64,000 nucleotides of DNA from Fibrobacteria bacterium (GTDB lineage: Bacteria; Fibrobacterota; Fibrobacteria; UBA11236): contig JADGQO010000076.1 in assembly GCA_017881725.1 (NCBI GenBank), positions 6,190-70,189 on the forward strand, given 5' to 3'. Positions 10,413 to 19,139 of this stretch are shown here, in pieces (within the stretch, counting starts at the first letter, position 1; each line of letters starts with the position of its first letter). Under the pieces are notes generated by a model, which saw nothing but the letters and a program-made list of their open reading frames with translations, made no database searches and was not told where the DNA came from. The position numbers and the translations under genes were made by a program.

Positions 10413-11420
10413 ATGAGCCCCATGAACCCAGCCAATAACCCAGCGGCGCTATCCCCGGAACTTCGATTCAGCCCTGCGCCGGAGTTCACGAAAAATGTCG
10501 GCCCCATATTCGGGGAAGGAAAATCCATCGCCAAGGTGGTGAAATACGTCGGGCTGGCGGCAGCCCATCAATCCATCGTACTGCTCCTAGGGGAAACGGG
10601 GACGGGAAAAGGCGTCATCGCGAAGTGGATCCATGAGAACAGCGATTGCAAATCGGAGCCGTTCGTTGAATTGAATTGCTCAAACTTGAAAGGCTCGCTA
10701 ATGCAAAGCGAACTGTTCGGCCATGCGAAAGGGGCTTTTACATCCGCGGTCAACGACCGGGAAGGCCTCATTGAAATGGCTGATGGGGGAACGCTTTTCC
10801 TGGACGAAATTGGCGACATGGACTTGGCGGCCCAGGCCCAGTTGTTGAAAACCATCGAAGATAAATCATTCCGGCGTGTCGGCGAAAGCAAGCTCCGAAA
10901 AAGCAATTTCCGCCTGATATGCGCGACCAACCATGACTTGGCCCAGGAAAGCCGGGAAAAGAAATTCCGGGCCGATCTTTTCTATCGCATCAATGTCTTC
11001 CCCATCACGGTGCCGCCCCTCCGCGAAAGGTCGGAGGACATGCAAGATCTCGCCTACTATTTTTTAAAAATGTTCAACTATAGGCAATTTCCGCTCTCTG
11101 ACGAAATCATCGAAATGCTGAAGGCTTATACTTGGCCGGGAAACGTCAGGGAATTGAGAAACGTGCTGGAACGCGCCTGTTTGCTGGCGCAGGGAGAACC
11201 CTTGGACCGCCATCATTTCCCGGAGTTAAGCGAACCCACCGCTGAGGAATCTTTCGATCAGGAAACCGACAATCTTGAATTGGTTGAGAATCGCCATATT
11301 TTGAAAACGATGAAGAAGTATCACGGTGACAAAAGAAAATCCAGCCAAGCCTTGGGGATGTCTTTTTCCAATTTGTACCGCAGGTTAAGCAAGATAGAAG
11401 TTCCGGAAATGTCATTGTAG
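10413..11420 (+). CDS. Sigma54-dependent AAA+ activator (Fis HTH) lacking an N-terminal regulatory domain
   Basis: GETGTGK, SELFGH, GAFTSA, GTLFLDEIG, FRADLFYR, WPGNVRELRN and C-terminal HTH; only ~30 aa precede the AAA+ domain. Confidence 0.88.
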   Translation: MSPMNPANNPAALSPELRFSPAPEFTKNVGPIFGEGKSIAKVVKYVGLAAAHQSIVLLLGETGTGKGVIAKWIHENSDCKSEPFVELNCSNLKGSLMQSELFGHAKGAFTSAVNDREGLIEMADGGTLFLDEIGDMDLAAQAQLLKTIEDKSFRRVGESKLRKSNFRLICATNHDLAQESREKKFRADLFYRINVFPITVPPLRERSEDMQDLAYYFLKMFNYRQFPLSDEIIEMLKAYTWPGNVRELRNVLERACLLAQGEPLDRHHFPELSEPTAEESFDQETDNLELVENRHILKTMKKYHGDKRKSSQALGMSFSNLYRRLSKIEVPEMSL

Positions 11421-12686
11421 AAACTTAAGGTAAGTCGACAGATTCACGTCTTTCCCCGAAATTTTGAGCTTCTTCCGGATATTATTCCTATGCGTTTCCA
11501 CGGTCCGGGTGGATATGAAAAGGGCCTCCGATATTTCCTTAGATCCGAACCCGTTTTTAATCATGTTGCAAACGTCGATTTCCTTTTGGGTAAGGCTGAG
11601 CATTTGGGATGAAAGATTACTCCCGAAACTAGAAGTGATTTCCTTAAGATTTTCTTCCAGAAGAGTGATATAGCGCGCGGGAATCTCGCCGCCCATGCCT
11701 TTGATTTTTTCAATGACCGGACTCATTAGATTTTGGACGTTGGCTTGCACTTGACTTTGCAGCCTGGTTTTTTCGTCGCGATTCTGGTCCATGATTTCAC
11801 GTAGGGCCGCGTTCTTTTGCACCAGGAGGAGGTTTTGCTCCGTGAGCTTCTCCTCGCTTTCCCGCAAGACATTTTCCGCTTTTCGCCTTTCGGTGATATC
11901 CCGGATATTGCATTGTACGACCTTGGTGCCGTCGACAAGATAAATGTTGCTGACGAACTCAAAATCAATCAGACGACCATCTTTGCATTTGATGGGCAGA
12001 TTATCGTAATGGATATACCCTTTTTGTTGCAAGGTTTTGAAACGCGCTTTGCTCACATCGATGTCCTTGGGCGCGCCGATCTCCCAAATCTTTTTACCGA
12101 TCAGCTCCGCCTCCGTGTAACCCAGCATTTCCAACAGATAGGGATTCACGGTGCTTATCCGTCCGGTTTTAGCGTCGAGAAGCAAGATTCCGTCCCGCGC
12201 GGCTTCAAACAACCTTCGGTATCGGTTTTCCGATTCCCGTAAGGCATGGTCCGCTTGCTTATTTTCCGTTACATCCTTTCCGATGCAAACCAATCCAATT
12301 ATTCGCCCCCCGGTATTCCGCATCGGCAAATAGGTCAATTGCAAAAATACGGGTCGCCCGAGCTTATGCCGTCCTTCCCATTCCACGGAAAGCGAAACAC
12401 CTTGCTTTATGATTTCCAGCTGGGCGTCACCGTCTTTTCGCTTATGCTTGGGCTGGCTCAATTTTGTGAAATGCTCGCCTAACATTTCTCCGGATAAGTA
12501 GCCGAAAGTTCCCCGTGCGCCTTGATTCCAGTAGGAAACCTTCCCAAGTAAATCCGTTGCGAATACACAATTCCCGATATTATCGAGGATGGTGGAGTGA
12601 AACCGCCTATCGATCGATATTTCATTCCGCTCGCCGGGCAAATATTTTTTTTCACCGCCACTACCCAATCGACGCATTTTCGCCAT
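11412..12686 (-). CDS. PAS-PAS-LuxR-family transcriptional regulator
   Basis: Two PAS domains (DVTE, DITER ends), coiled coil, LuxR HTH LTQKEIDVC...SKEISEALFISTRTVETHRNNIRKKL. Confidence 0.88.
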   Translation of the reverse strand: MAKMRRLGSGGEKKYLPGERNEISIDRRFHSTILDNIGNCVFATDLLGKVSYWNQGARGTFGYLSGEMLGEHFTKLSQPKHKRKDGDAQLEIIKQGVSLSVEWEGRHKLGRPVFLQLTYLPMRNTGGRIIGLVCIGKDVTENKQADHALRESENRYRRLFEAARDGILLLDAKTGRISTVNPYLLEMLGYTEAELIGKKIWEIGAPKDIDVSKARFKTLQQKGYIHYDNLPIKCKDGRLIDFEFVSNIYLVDGTKVVQCNIRDITERRKAENVLRESEEKLTEQNLLLVQKNAALREIMDQNRDEKTRLQSQVQANVQNLMSPVIEKIKGMGGEIPARYITLLEENLKEITSSFGSNLSSQMLSLTQKEIDVCNMIKNGFGSKEISEALFISTRTVETHRNNIRKKLKISGKDVNLSTYLKFLQ

Positions 12687-12837
12687 GGACTTTTTCTGAG
12701 TTGAAAAGGGCGGTGGAATGATACTTGAGTGAGGAGGAAAACCGGTCTCTTTTTGAATATTCGCAATTCCTACGGATAAGAATTAATACTCAGAACCGTT
12801 CAAATTAAACTACCGTTCTGTTGTGAAGTAGGTAAGA

Positions 12838-12853
12838 AGCAATTCCCATTCCA
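12838..12853 (-). promoter_or_regulatory. Putative sigma54 -24/-12 promoter for the PAS-LuxR gene
   Basis: Minus strand TGGAATGGGAATTGCT = GG-N10-GC with TTGC. Confidence 0.6.
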
Positions 12854-12965
12854 ATCAAGACGGTTCCGATTTTCGGTTCGTACTGCAATTGCAAATTCCT
12901 TTCGGCCCGGGTTTTCGAGTCCTCGGTGGATAATCTGAGGTAAATTGAGGCCATTCGACCGGTAC

Positions 12966-12984
12966 TACTTAGAATCGCTAAGTA
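12966..12984. promoter_or_regulatory. 7-5-7 palindrome, candidate regulator operator
   Basis: TACTTAG-aatcg-CTAAGTA, ~50 bp upstream of the 13035 gene in the divergent intergenic region. Confidence 0.4.
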
Positions 12985-13034
12985 ATAAATACGTTGCGAA
13001 CTCGTATCATGGCTAAAGGTTTAAGCGTTAAAAT

Positions 13035-14654
13035 ATGGACATGAATAAAAATTCCATGTACTCACTAGGTTTTATTCTGATGTTCTCCAAATGTATTTTG
13101 GCCAACACCTACTTTATCGACTATACAGACGGCCTCGATGCGAATCCAGGCACGTCAAAGACATCTCCATGGAAAAAATGCCCAGGGATGAATGGCTTTA
13201 ATTCGGCCTATACGCATGCACCGGGGGATGTTTTCATTTTTAAGGGTGGAGTGGTCTGGCCTGCCGAAGCCCTGCCCCTGATCATCGCGGCGAGCGGTAC
13301 AGCCGGAAACGTGGACACCTATACGACCGACCATACCTGGGAAGCCGGATCGATTTGGTCGCAGCCGACCCTGGACGGGCAATTGGGGGGTAAAACCATG
13401 CTCTCGTCATCAGGCGCCTCGTTTTTCAAGATCAATGATATGCGGTTTATCAATGCTGGAACCGTGGCGGCCAACGGCATCAAAGGCGCGGAGTTTTCCA
13501 ATTGCAGCAATTTCGAAATCTCGAACAACACCTTCGCGTTCGAAAGCTGGGGCTGCCTGTATATTTGGACCTCCGAGGCCAAGACCTTCCATGACTATTC
13601 AATCCATAACAACGACATTTCGAAATCCGCCTTCGGAATCAGAGTGGTCCCCAGCGGGGCCGCCTCCATTATCCAGAACGTGCAGATATTCAATAATTCC
13701 CTGCACGATTTTCACTCACAATTATCCGGAGAAGTCCATGGCGATGGCATCCAAAATTATTGTTCGCCGGACAATGCGGCCTCCAGCGACCGTTATATAG
13801 ATGGCTTCAAAATATTCAACAACAGCTTCACGGGGGATTTTTCACAAGTTACCGGAAGCACCGGGGCAATGACCGCTTTGATATACCTGAGCAGTTCCTC
13901 CAAGGGCGTGGAAATTTACAACAACCTGTTCGCGCCATCATTCTCAGGTAAGCAAAGCCCTAATTTTTTTGAATCCTTTATTTCCTTGCGCGATAATCCC
14001 AACCGCGGCGGCTTTCACAAAATTTATGACAACACTTTCGCGACACCCGTAGCCGATGGCCAGGGCGCGGCAATCCTGGAGGACGATACCCTTCATCCTT
14101 CGCCCAATCTCGACGTAAAAAACAATATCTTCAACGGATTCCAGTGGCCGTTCGACCTCCGGTCCACCAATCATGTTTTTGACCACAATGATGTGCACTT
14201 CACCAAGAACGTCGGGAAATGGAACGGGAAATGGGTGGAAACATTTTCCGCCTGGCAAGCCCTAGGGAATGACGTGCATGGAATCAGCGCGGATCCACTA
14301 TTCGTCTCCGGCACTAATTTTCACCTCCATCCCGGGTCCCCTTGCGTGGATCACGGCGCGAACCTAGGCTCAACCTTTGCAATTGATCGGGATGGGACGC
14401 TTCGGCCGCAGGGCCAGACCTTCGACCTGGGCGCGTTTGAAACAATTGGACAAGCGACCGGAGTTCAAACGGATAAAAATCCAAGCCTCCAGCCAAAAGC
14501 CGCCTTGATTCCAGGAGCAAACTCCCGGTTTTTTGATCTCAATGGGAGGACGATAAATGCCGGAAAAGGACACCCGGGAACAGGTTCCATTCCAATAGTC
14601 GTCATGCCCGATGGAAAAAGTCCGGTTGGAGCGCAAGTTGAAACCGGAAAATAA
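13035..14654 (+). CDS. Secreted right-handed parallel beta-helix protein with choice-of-anchor-Q-like and C-terminal sorting-like region
   Basis: Signal peptide; TYFID..G.D.N.G start; repeated IxNNxF turns; DPLFV..FHLHPGSPCVDHG..DRDGTLRPQG..FDLGAFE; tail FFDLNGR. Confidence 0.75.
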   Translation: MDMNKNSMYSLGFILMFSKCILANTYFIDYTDGLDANPGTSKTSPWKKCPGMNGFNSAYTHAPGDVFIFKGGVVWPAEALPLIIAASGTAGNVDTYTTDHTWEAGSIWSQPTLDGQLGGKTMLSSSGASFFKINDMRFINAGTVAANGIKGAEFSNCSNFEISNNTFAFESWGCLYIWTSEAKTFHDYSIHNNDISKSAFGIRVVPSGAASIIQNVQIFNNSLHDFHSQLSGEVHGDGIQNYCSPDNAASSDRYIDGFKIFNNSFTGDFSQVTGSTGAMTALIYLSSSSKGVEIYNNLFAPSFSGKQSPNFFESFISLRDNPNRGGFHKIYDNTFATPVADGQGAAILEDDTLHPSPNLDVKNNIFNGFQWPFDLRSTNHVFDHNDVHFTKNVGKWNGKWVETFSAWQALGNDVHGISADPLFVSGTNFHLHPGSPCVDHGANLGSTFAIDRDGTLRPQGQTFDLGAFETIGQATGVQTDKNPSLQPKAALIPGANSRFFDLNGRTINAGKGHPGTGSIPIVVMPDGKSPVGAQVETGK

Positions 14655-14672
14655 TTGAATCTTTCAAACCCG

Positions 14673-14776
14673 GGCCACCTTGGCCCGCCGGGCCGCCCCG
14701 CCCCGACCCAAGGGGCGCCGGGCCAAGGTGGCCTACAGATGGTGGCGAACTGATTCAGTTATTTCTAAACAGTCCC
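14673..14776. mobile_element. Truncated copy of the MITE at 60999-61177 with a GC-rich hairpin
   Basis: 14720-14776 is near-identical to the right part of the 60999-61177 element, including a TIR with 2 mismatches; perfect 14-bp IR GGCCACCTTGGCCC/GGGCCAAGGTGGCC. Confidence 0.7.
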
Positions 14777-17152
14777 TTAGCGCACATAGTAGCTGGAATA
14801 CTTCTGGTAGGAACCTAGCGAATTCAATGAGGCCCTGTTCAGGACATATCCGAGTACCTTCCCGGATAATTGGTCGAACTCATTAATTCGATTCACCAAA
14901 TCCGCTACATTCGTTTTTCCATATCGAATCACGAATAGGTAATTTTCAAAATCCCCTTGGATCACCGCAGCATCGGAGACCGCCCCCAGCGGAGGCGTAT
15001 CGATAAGGACATAGTCCATATTACGAAGGCAAAATTGCTTGAACTCCGCCATACGCGGCGAGGATAGCAGCGCCCCTGGGTTATTAGCCTCCGGATTCGA
15101 AGGGATGACGAAAAGATTGGGGATCATTGTTTTGACTAGAAACCGGCGGCAATCGTCATCGGTAAGCGGACTATTTCCGGAAAGTAAGGTGGCGAATCCT
15201 CCGGAGTCCGGAAGCCTAAACGTCGTCTCAACGGTTCCACGGCGCAAATCCGCGTCAACCAAAAGCGTTCGGTGTCCGCGCATCGCGTAAGAAATCGCCA
15301 AGTTGGAACTGACCGTGGATTTTCCCGCGGCGTCCTCCAGGCTGGAAATGACGATGATCCTGTGCTTCGATTTCATCAGGTGTAAATTGATTTTCACTTG
15401 CAGCGAATCGAATATTTCACGGATGAAGGTTGGATGGGTGGGCACGTTAATCAGGGGCCGATATCCGGGTTTACCCGCCCAATGGCTTTCCACGAGTTGG
15501 TGAAAAGTCGGCACGGATTCAAGCACCTGGCGCCCTGTGATTCGCTCCAATTGGCGGGAGGAGCGGACTGATTTGTCGAACGAATCATACCCAACCACGG
15601 GACCGAAACTGACCAGAATGGATAGAAGGGCGAATAGGAAAAAAAGTTGGGTGTTGTCGGCGGGAGGCGGCAATGGCGCCACGGCGTAGTCCATGACGTA
15701 GAAATCCGTGATGGCAACCGCATCTTCGACTTTAGCCTTGTTATAGCTGCTGAGAACCGCGGAGTAGATGTCCGAAAAAATTTGTTGCTTGCGCTGCAAT
15801 TCGCCGAGTGCCATCTCCAATGCCGGCAAGCGCCCCAGTTTTGTGGAGAGTTGCTCCACGCTCTGGTTTTTTTGGGAAATCTCAGCTTTCCCTTTTTGGA
15901 TGAAATCGTCCAATGATTTTCTAATCGAGCTGATCGCCTTGCTGATATTGCGGTTGTTTTCCAGGACCATCGGATGTTCTTGGCCATACGATTCGTTGAG
16001 CTTACTCTGGATGACCATCAGGCGATCCAACTCCTCCTTCAATGCCTTTCCATCAGGTACGGAATGCGCCATCAGAAAATCCGCGACAACCCGCGCAATC
16101 CTTATGAGTTGACTCGAATCCGCATTTTGAAAATCCTTCCTAAAGGTGTCGGCATAGGCGTTATCCGAAGCCCGTCCTTGGATGCCGTTATCCAGCCGCG
16201 CAAGATTGCTCACCGTCTGTTGGGTTTGTTGACTAAGGCCCACTTGCGGATTGAGGTGGCGGAAATCCCTGATTTTAGCGTCGGCGGCGGCGAGATTAGC
16301 TTGGGATAGGGTCAATTGGCTGTCCAACGACCCGACTATTCCCCGGGCGCGTTGCTGGCGATAGCTGAAGTTTTTATCGATGAAACCATCGGCAATCGTA
16401 TTGGCTGTGGCCGCGGCCAAAGCATAGTCACGGCTTTCCAGGAGCACGGTGATATAGTTGATGCCTTTGTCGGGGTCTGCGCGTTTTATCGTCAAACTAT
16501 GGTAAACGTCCTCAACGGCCACGCGGATATCCACGACGGAGAAATTGAAATCCTTCGGACGCGCACGCAAGGACCGGCTGAATTTTAAATTTATTCCCGG
16601 CATATGGATAAGTGAATCAGTCTTCCAATTACCGACCACCAGATTATTGAATTTCGTGCCCGGAAGAATTCCGACCAAAGGAACGGAAATTGCGCTCGTG
16701 TCATAATACAGGATGTAATATTCGCCTTGTTTTTTAGGGCTAAAATGAACGGAATACGTGCCGCAGGCTACCGCGGTATCAAGCTTCACCCAATCGAAAA
16801 ACGCTTCCCGAGCATATGGCTTAGTCCATAGTTGCAAGGATTGTTTTTGGACCACATCTTTCAAAAAGGTGCGGCTCATCATGATATCCTCGCGACCAAG
16901 GTTAGAGGCGGCCCCCACCTTCAAGCCGGAAACATCCGTAGGCTTTTCCAATCCGATCAGCGCCCGCGCGGACAATTTCGGGTTTTCGGGATGCATGATT
17001 AAAAAAATGTATGCGACTGCGGCTACCAATGTGAGCGGTCCCGAAAGGATCAAGTACCATTTGGCTCTTCCAAATAGGTGACGATAATGTTCGCCATCCC
17101 GAATAGGCGACCTGGGGAGGGTTTTAGTCTGGTGAGTAACGCTGGAAATCAT
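14777..17152 (-). CDS. wzc: Polysaccharide co-polymerase / tyrosine autokinase (Wzc/GumC family)
   Basis: Two TM segments around a coiled periplasmic region; YGQEHP; GKST; LLVDADLRR; YVLIDTPP; Tyr-rich tail SYQKYSSYY; ATG overlaps the wza stop. Confidence 0.88.
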   Translation of the reverse strand: MISSVTHQTKTLPRSPIRDGEHYRHLFGRAKWYLILSGPLTLVAAVAYIFLIMHPENPKLSARALIGLEKPTDVSGLKVGAASNLGREDIMMSRTFLKDVVQKQSLQLWTKPYAREAFFDWVKLDTAVACGTYSVHFSPKKQGEYYILYYDTSAISVPLVGILPGTKFNNLVVGNWKTDSLIHMPGINLKFSRSLRARPKDFNFSVVDIRVAVEDVYHSLTIKRADPDKGINYITVLLESRDYALAAATANTIADGFIDKNFSYRQQRARGIVGSLDSQLTLSQANLAAADAKIRDFRHLNPQVGLSQQTQQTVSNLARLDNGIQGRASDNAYADTFRKDFQNADSSQLIRIARVVADFLMAHSVPDGKALKEELDRLMVIQSKLNESYGQEHPMVLENNRNISKAISSIRKSLDDFIQKGKAEISQKNQSVEQLSTKLGRLPALEMALGELQRKQQIFSDIYSAVLSSYNKAKVEDAVAITDFYVMDYAVAPLPPPADNTQLFFLFALLSILVSFGPVVGYDSFDKSVRSSRQLERITGRQVLESVPTFHQLVESHWAGKPGYRPLINVPTHPTFIREIFDSLQVKINLHLMKSKHRIIVISSLEDAAGKSTVSSNLAISYAMRGHRTLLVDADLRRGTVETTFRLPDSGGFATLLSGNSPLTDDDCRRFLVKTMIPNLFVIPSNPEANNPGALLSSPRMAEFKQFCLRNMDYVLIDTPPLGAVSDAAVIQGDFENYLFVIRYGKTNVADLVNRINEFDQLSGKVLGYVLNRASLNSLGSYQKYSSYYVR

Positions 17153-17850
17153 TTTCTGAGAACCATTAAGGTGATAACCAAGGTGCCTGTAGCCAGAGCG
17201 GTGGACAAAATCAAACTGATAACCTGCAATCGATCCCTTTGAGTCAGTATGGTGACGCAAACCTGGTCGCCCGACTTGAAGCCCAGATCCATCAGCGATT
17301 TATTCCCTTCCACCTCAGCGGTCAGATCGCGGGATAATACTTTGCCGTCGCGCTCCCAACGCAAAAGCCTCAAGCCGTCGTCCCGTACCGGTCCGTCCGC
17401 AGTACTCAGGGCGTCAGAAAATGAATTCATGGGGTTTACCTTATGCATCCCGGGTTTCAGAAAACCGCCAAAAAAGGAAAGTCGAATAATCGGTTCAACC
17501 TGGATGTTCGGATATGCCAGGAATTTCGCGTAACTTTTGGTGAGATTCGCGGCTAGATCCGTGATGGAAAGCGAGGTGACTTGAACCAATCCCAGGATAG
17601 GCAGCAGAGCGTACCCATTTTCCAAAATCGGATAATCACCGGAAATGAACATGGCCGTGTCCGGGAATGCCTTGATCCTCACCAAGTCTCCCGGACCGAC
17701 ACATTTGGACATCGGAAGGTTTAGCAAGTATTGGGATGCGCTTTTAGATTCCTGAGGCGCCTTTCCCATTTCGGCGCTCCCAGAATTCTCATTCGCGGAA
17801 ACCCCGGATGTAATAAGTAGCGTCATGAACAAAAGGGACGGGAAAAGCAT
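17149..17850 (-). CDS. wza: Polysaccharide export protein (Wza/SLBB-like)
   Basis: GPGDLVRI, I.ENG...LPILG.VQV, SLBB G...KPG..DALSTADG, KSGDQV; upstream of wzc. Start could be 17913. Confidence 0.75.
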   Translation of the reverse strand: MLFPSLLFMTLLITSGVSANENSGSAEMGKAPQESKSASQYLLNLPMSKCVGPGDLVRIKAFPDTAMFISGDYPILENGYALLPILGLVQVTSLSITDLAANLTKSYAKFLAYPNIQVEPIIRLSFFGGFLKPGMHKVNPMNSFSDALSTADGPVRDDGLRLLRWERDGKVLSRDLTAEVEGNKSLMDLGFKSGDQVCVTILTQRDRLQVISLILSTALATGTLVITLMVLRK

Positions 17851-17927
17851 CCTGCCCTGATTGTTGCGGTGAAGCGCTCGCTGCGGACGGTAATCGATTG
17901 AATTTGTTTTCATTGCTTTAATGATTG

Positions 17928-17943
17928 AGCAACAAACGATCCA
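17928..17943 (-). promoter_or_regulatory. Putative sigma54 promoter for wza-wzc
   Basis: Minus strand TGGATCGTTTGTTGCT = GG-N10-GC with TTGC. Confidence 0.6.
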
Positions 17944-18041
17944 AACGAATTGCGCCTGTATGAGGGTGATTGGCAAGAAAACTCCTTTTTTTCCAAAATT
18001 GAGAATTCATTTCTTAATATTGACCGATGCTAAATTCAGAA

Positions 18042-19139
18042 TCATATGACGGAGGATTTCAATAACGATTTCCCTACGGAAAATTTAATCCGCTTATTTT
18101 CGTACATATCCTTATCGGCGCGATCAATCAAACCGGTAATGGTGTCGCCTCCGCGAAAATTGTAACGTGAGGCGCCTACGCTTATTGACAAGGCGTGTTC
18201 TTCCTTCAGCATATGGTTTCTCAATTCCACTATCGAGCAAAGCCTTTCCAAAAACAATTCATGCGAATTTTTCTCGTTTTCCATCGTCATCACCGTGAAT
18301 TCATCACCGCCGATCCGGGCTATCAAATCGGATTCCTGGAAAGCGCTTTTCAAAACTTGGGCTAGGCTGACCAACATATCGTCGCCCTTATGATGACCCA
18401 AGGAGTCATTCACATGTTTAAGCCCATCGACATCGATGAAAAAAACCAGGACGGCATGATTCATTCTGGAAGCCACGCGAAGCTGCTGTTCCGCCAACTC
18501 CATGAACCCGCGTCGATTGTACAGACTCGTCAATTCATCGACAATCGAATAACGCCGGTTTTCCATGGAAATGGAACGGTTTATATCCTCCTCGTATTTA
18601 CGCCAAGTGATATCCAAAAGAAATCCGGACTGGCGAATGGTTTCCCCGGTGACGCCCAAATGTACCGTAGTCATGTTCAATACCCATCTGACCGACCCGT
18701 CCTTATGGACAATCCTGTGCTCGATGGACTTGCAATATAACGGTTGGTTGAGGCCATGAATGAAATCCAATACCCGATCGAGGTCCTCCGGGTGGATCAT
18801 TTGCATCCATAAATATTGGTTCTTGGCGTAGTCCTCTGGGGAGTATCCGGTTATTTCTTCGCAATGCGGGCTATGGAAATTATTGGATATTTTCCCTTTG
18901 GAAAATTCCAGGCTGTAGAGGTATTCAGGGACTTCGTTGACCAGGGTTCTGAACCTGTCTTCATCGAATTGAACTCTGGAATTGGAATCAATATTTTCCC
19001 GGATTTTCAAATCCTGAATAATCCTGCGTAACTCCTTTACTTCCGCTTCCAATTTGATAATTGACTTTTCATTTTCTTCCACTAAATCCCCGTATTTCTT
19101 CATATCAATGGATGATTCATCGAGTGACGAATATTTCAT
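18042..19139 (-). CDS. PAS-GGDEF diguanylate cyclase
   Basis: PAS_3 (IHPED..HKDGSVRW), DELTSLYNRRGF, DVDGLKHVNDSLGH, intact ARIGGDEF. Confidence 0.9.
   Translation of the reverse strand: MKYSSLDESSIDMKKYGDLVEENEKSIIKLEAEVKELRRIIQDLKIRENIDSNSRVQFDEDRFRTLVNEVPEYLYSLEFSKGKISNNFHSPHCEEITGYSPEDYAKNQYLWMQMIHPEDLDRVLDFIHGLNQPLYCKSIEHRIVHKDGSVRWVLNMTTVHLGVTGETIRQSGFLLDITWRKYEEDINRSISMENRRYSIVDELTSLYNRRGFMELAEQQLRVASRMNHAVLVFFIDVDGLKHVNDSLGHHKGDDMLVSLAQVLKSAFQESDLIARIGGDEFTVMTMENEKNSHELFLERLCSIVELRNHMLKEEHALSISVGASRYNFRGGDTITGLIDRADKDMYENKRIKFSVGKSLLKSSVI

Noticed and set aside
17153-17260. Longer wzc start in the ORF track
   Set aside because: Overlaps wza coding sequence; ATG 17152 is coupled to the wza stop
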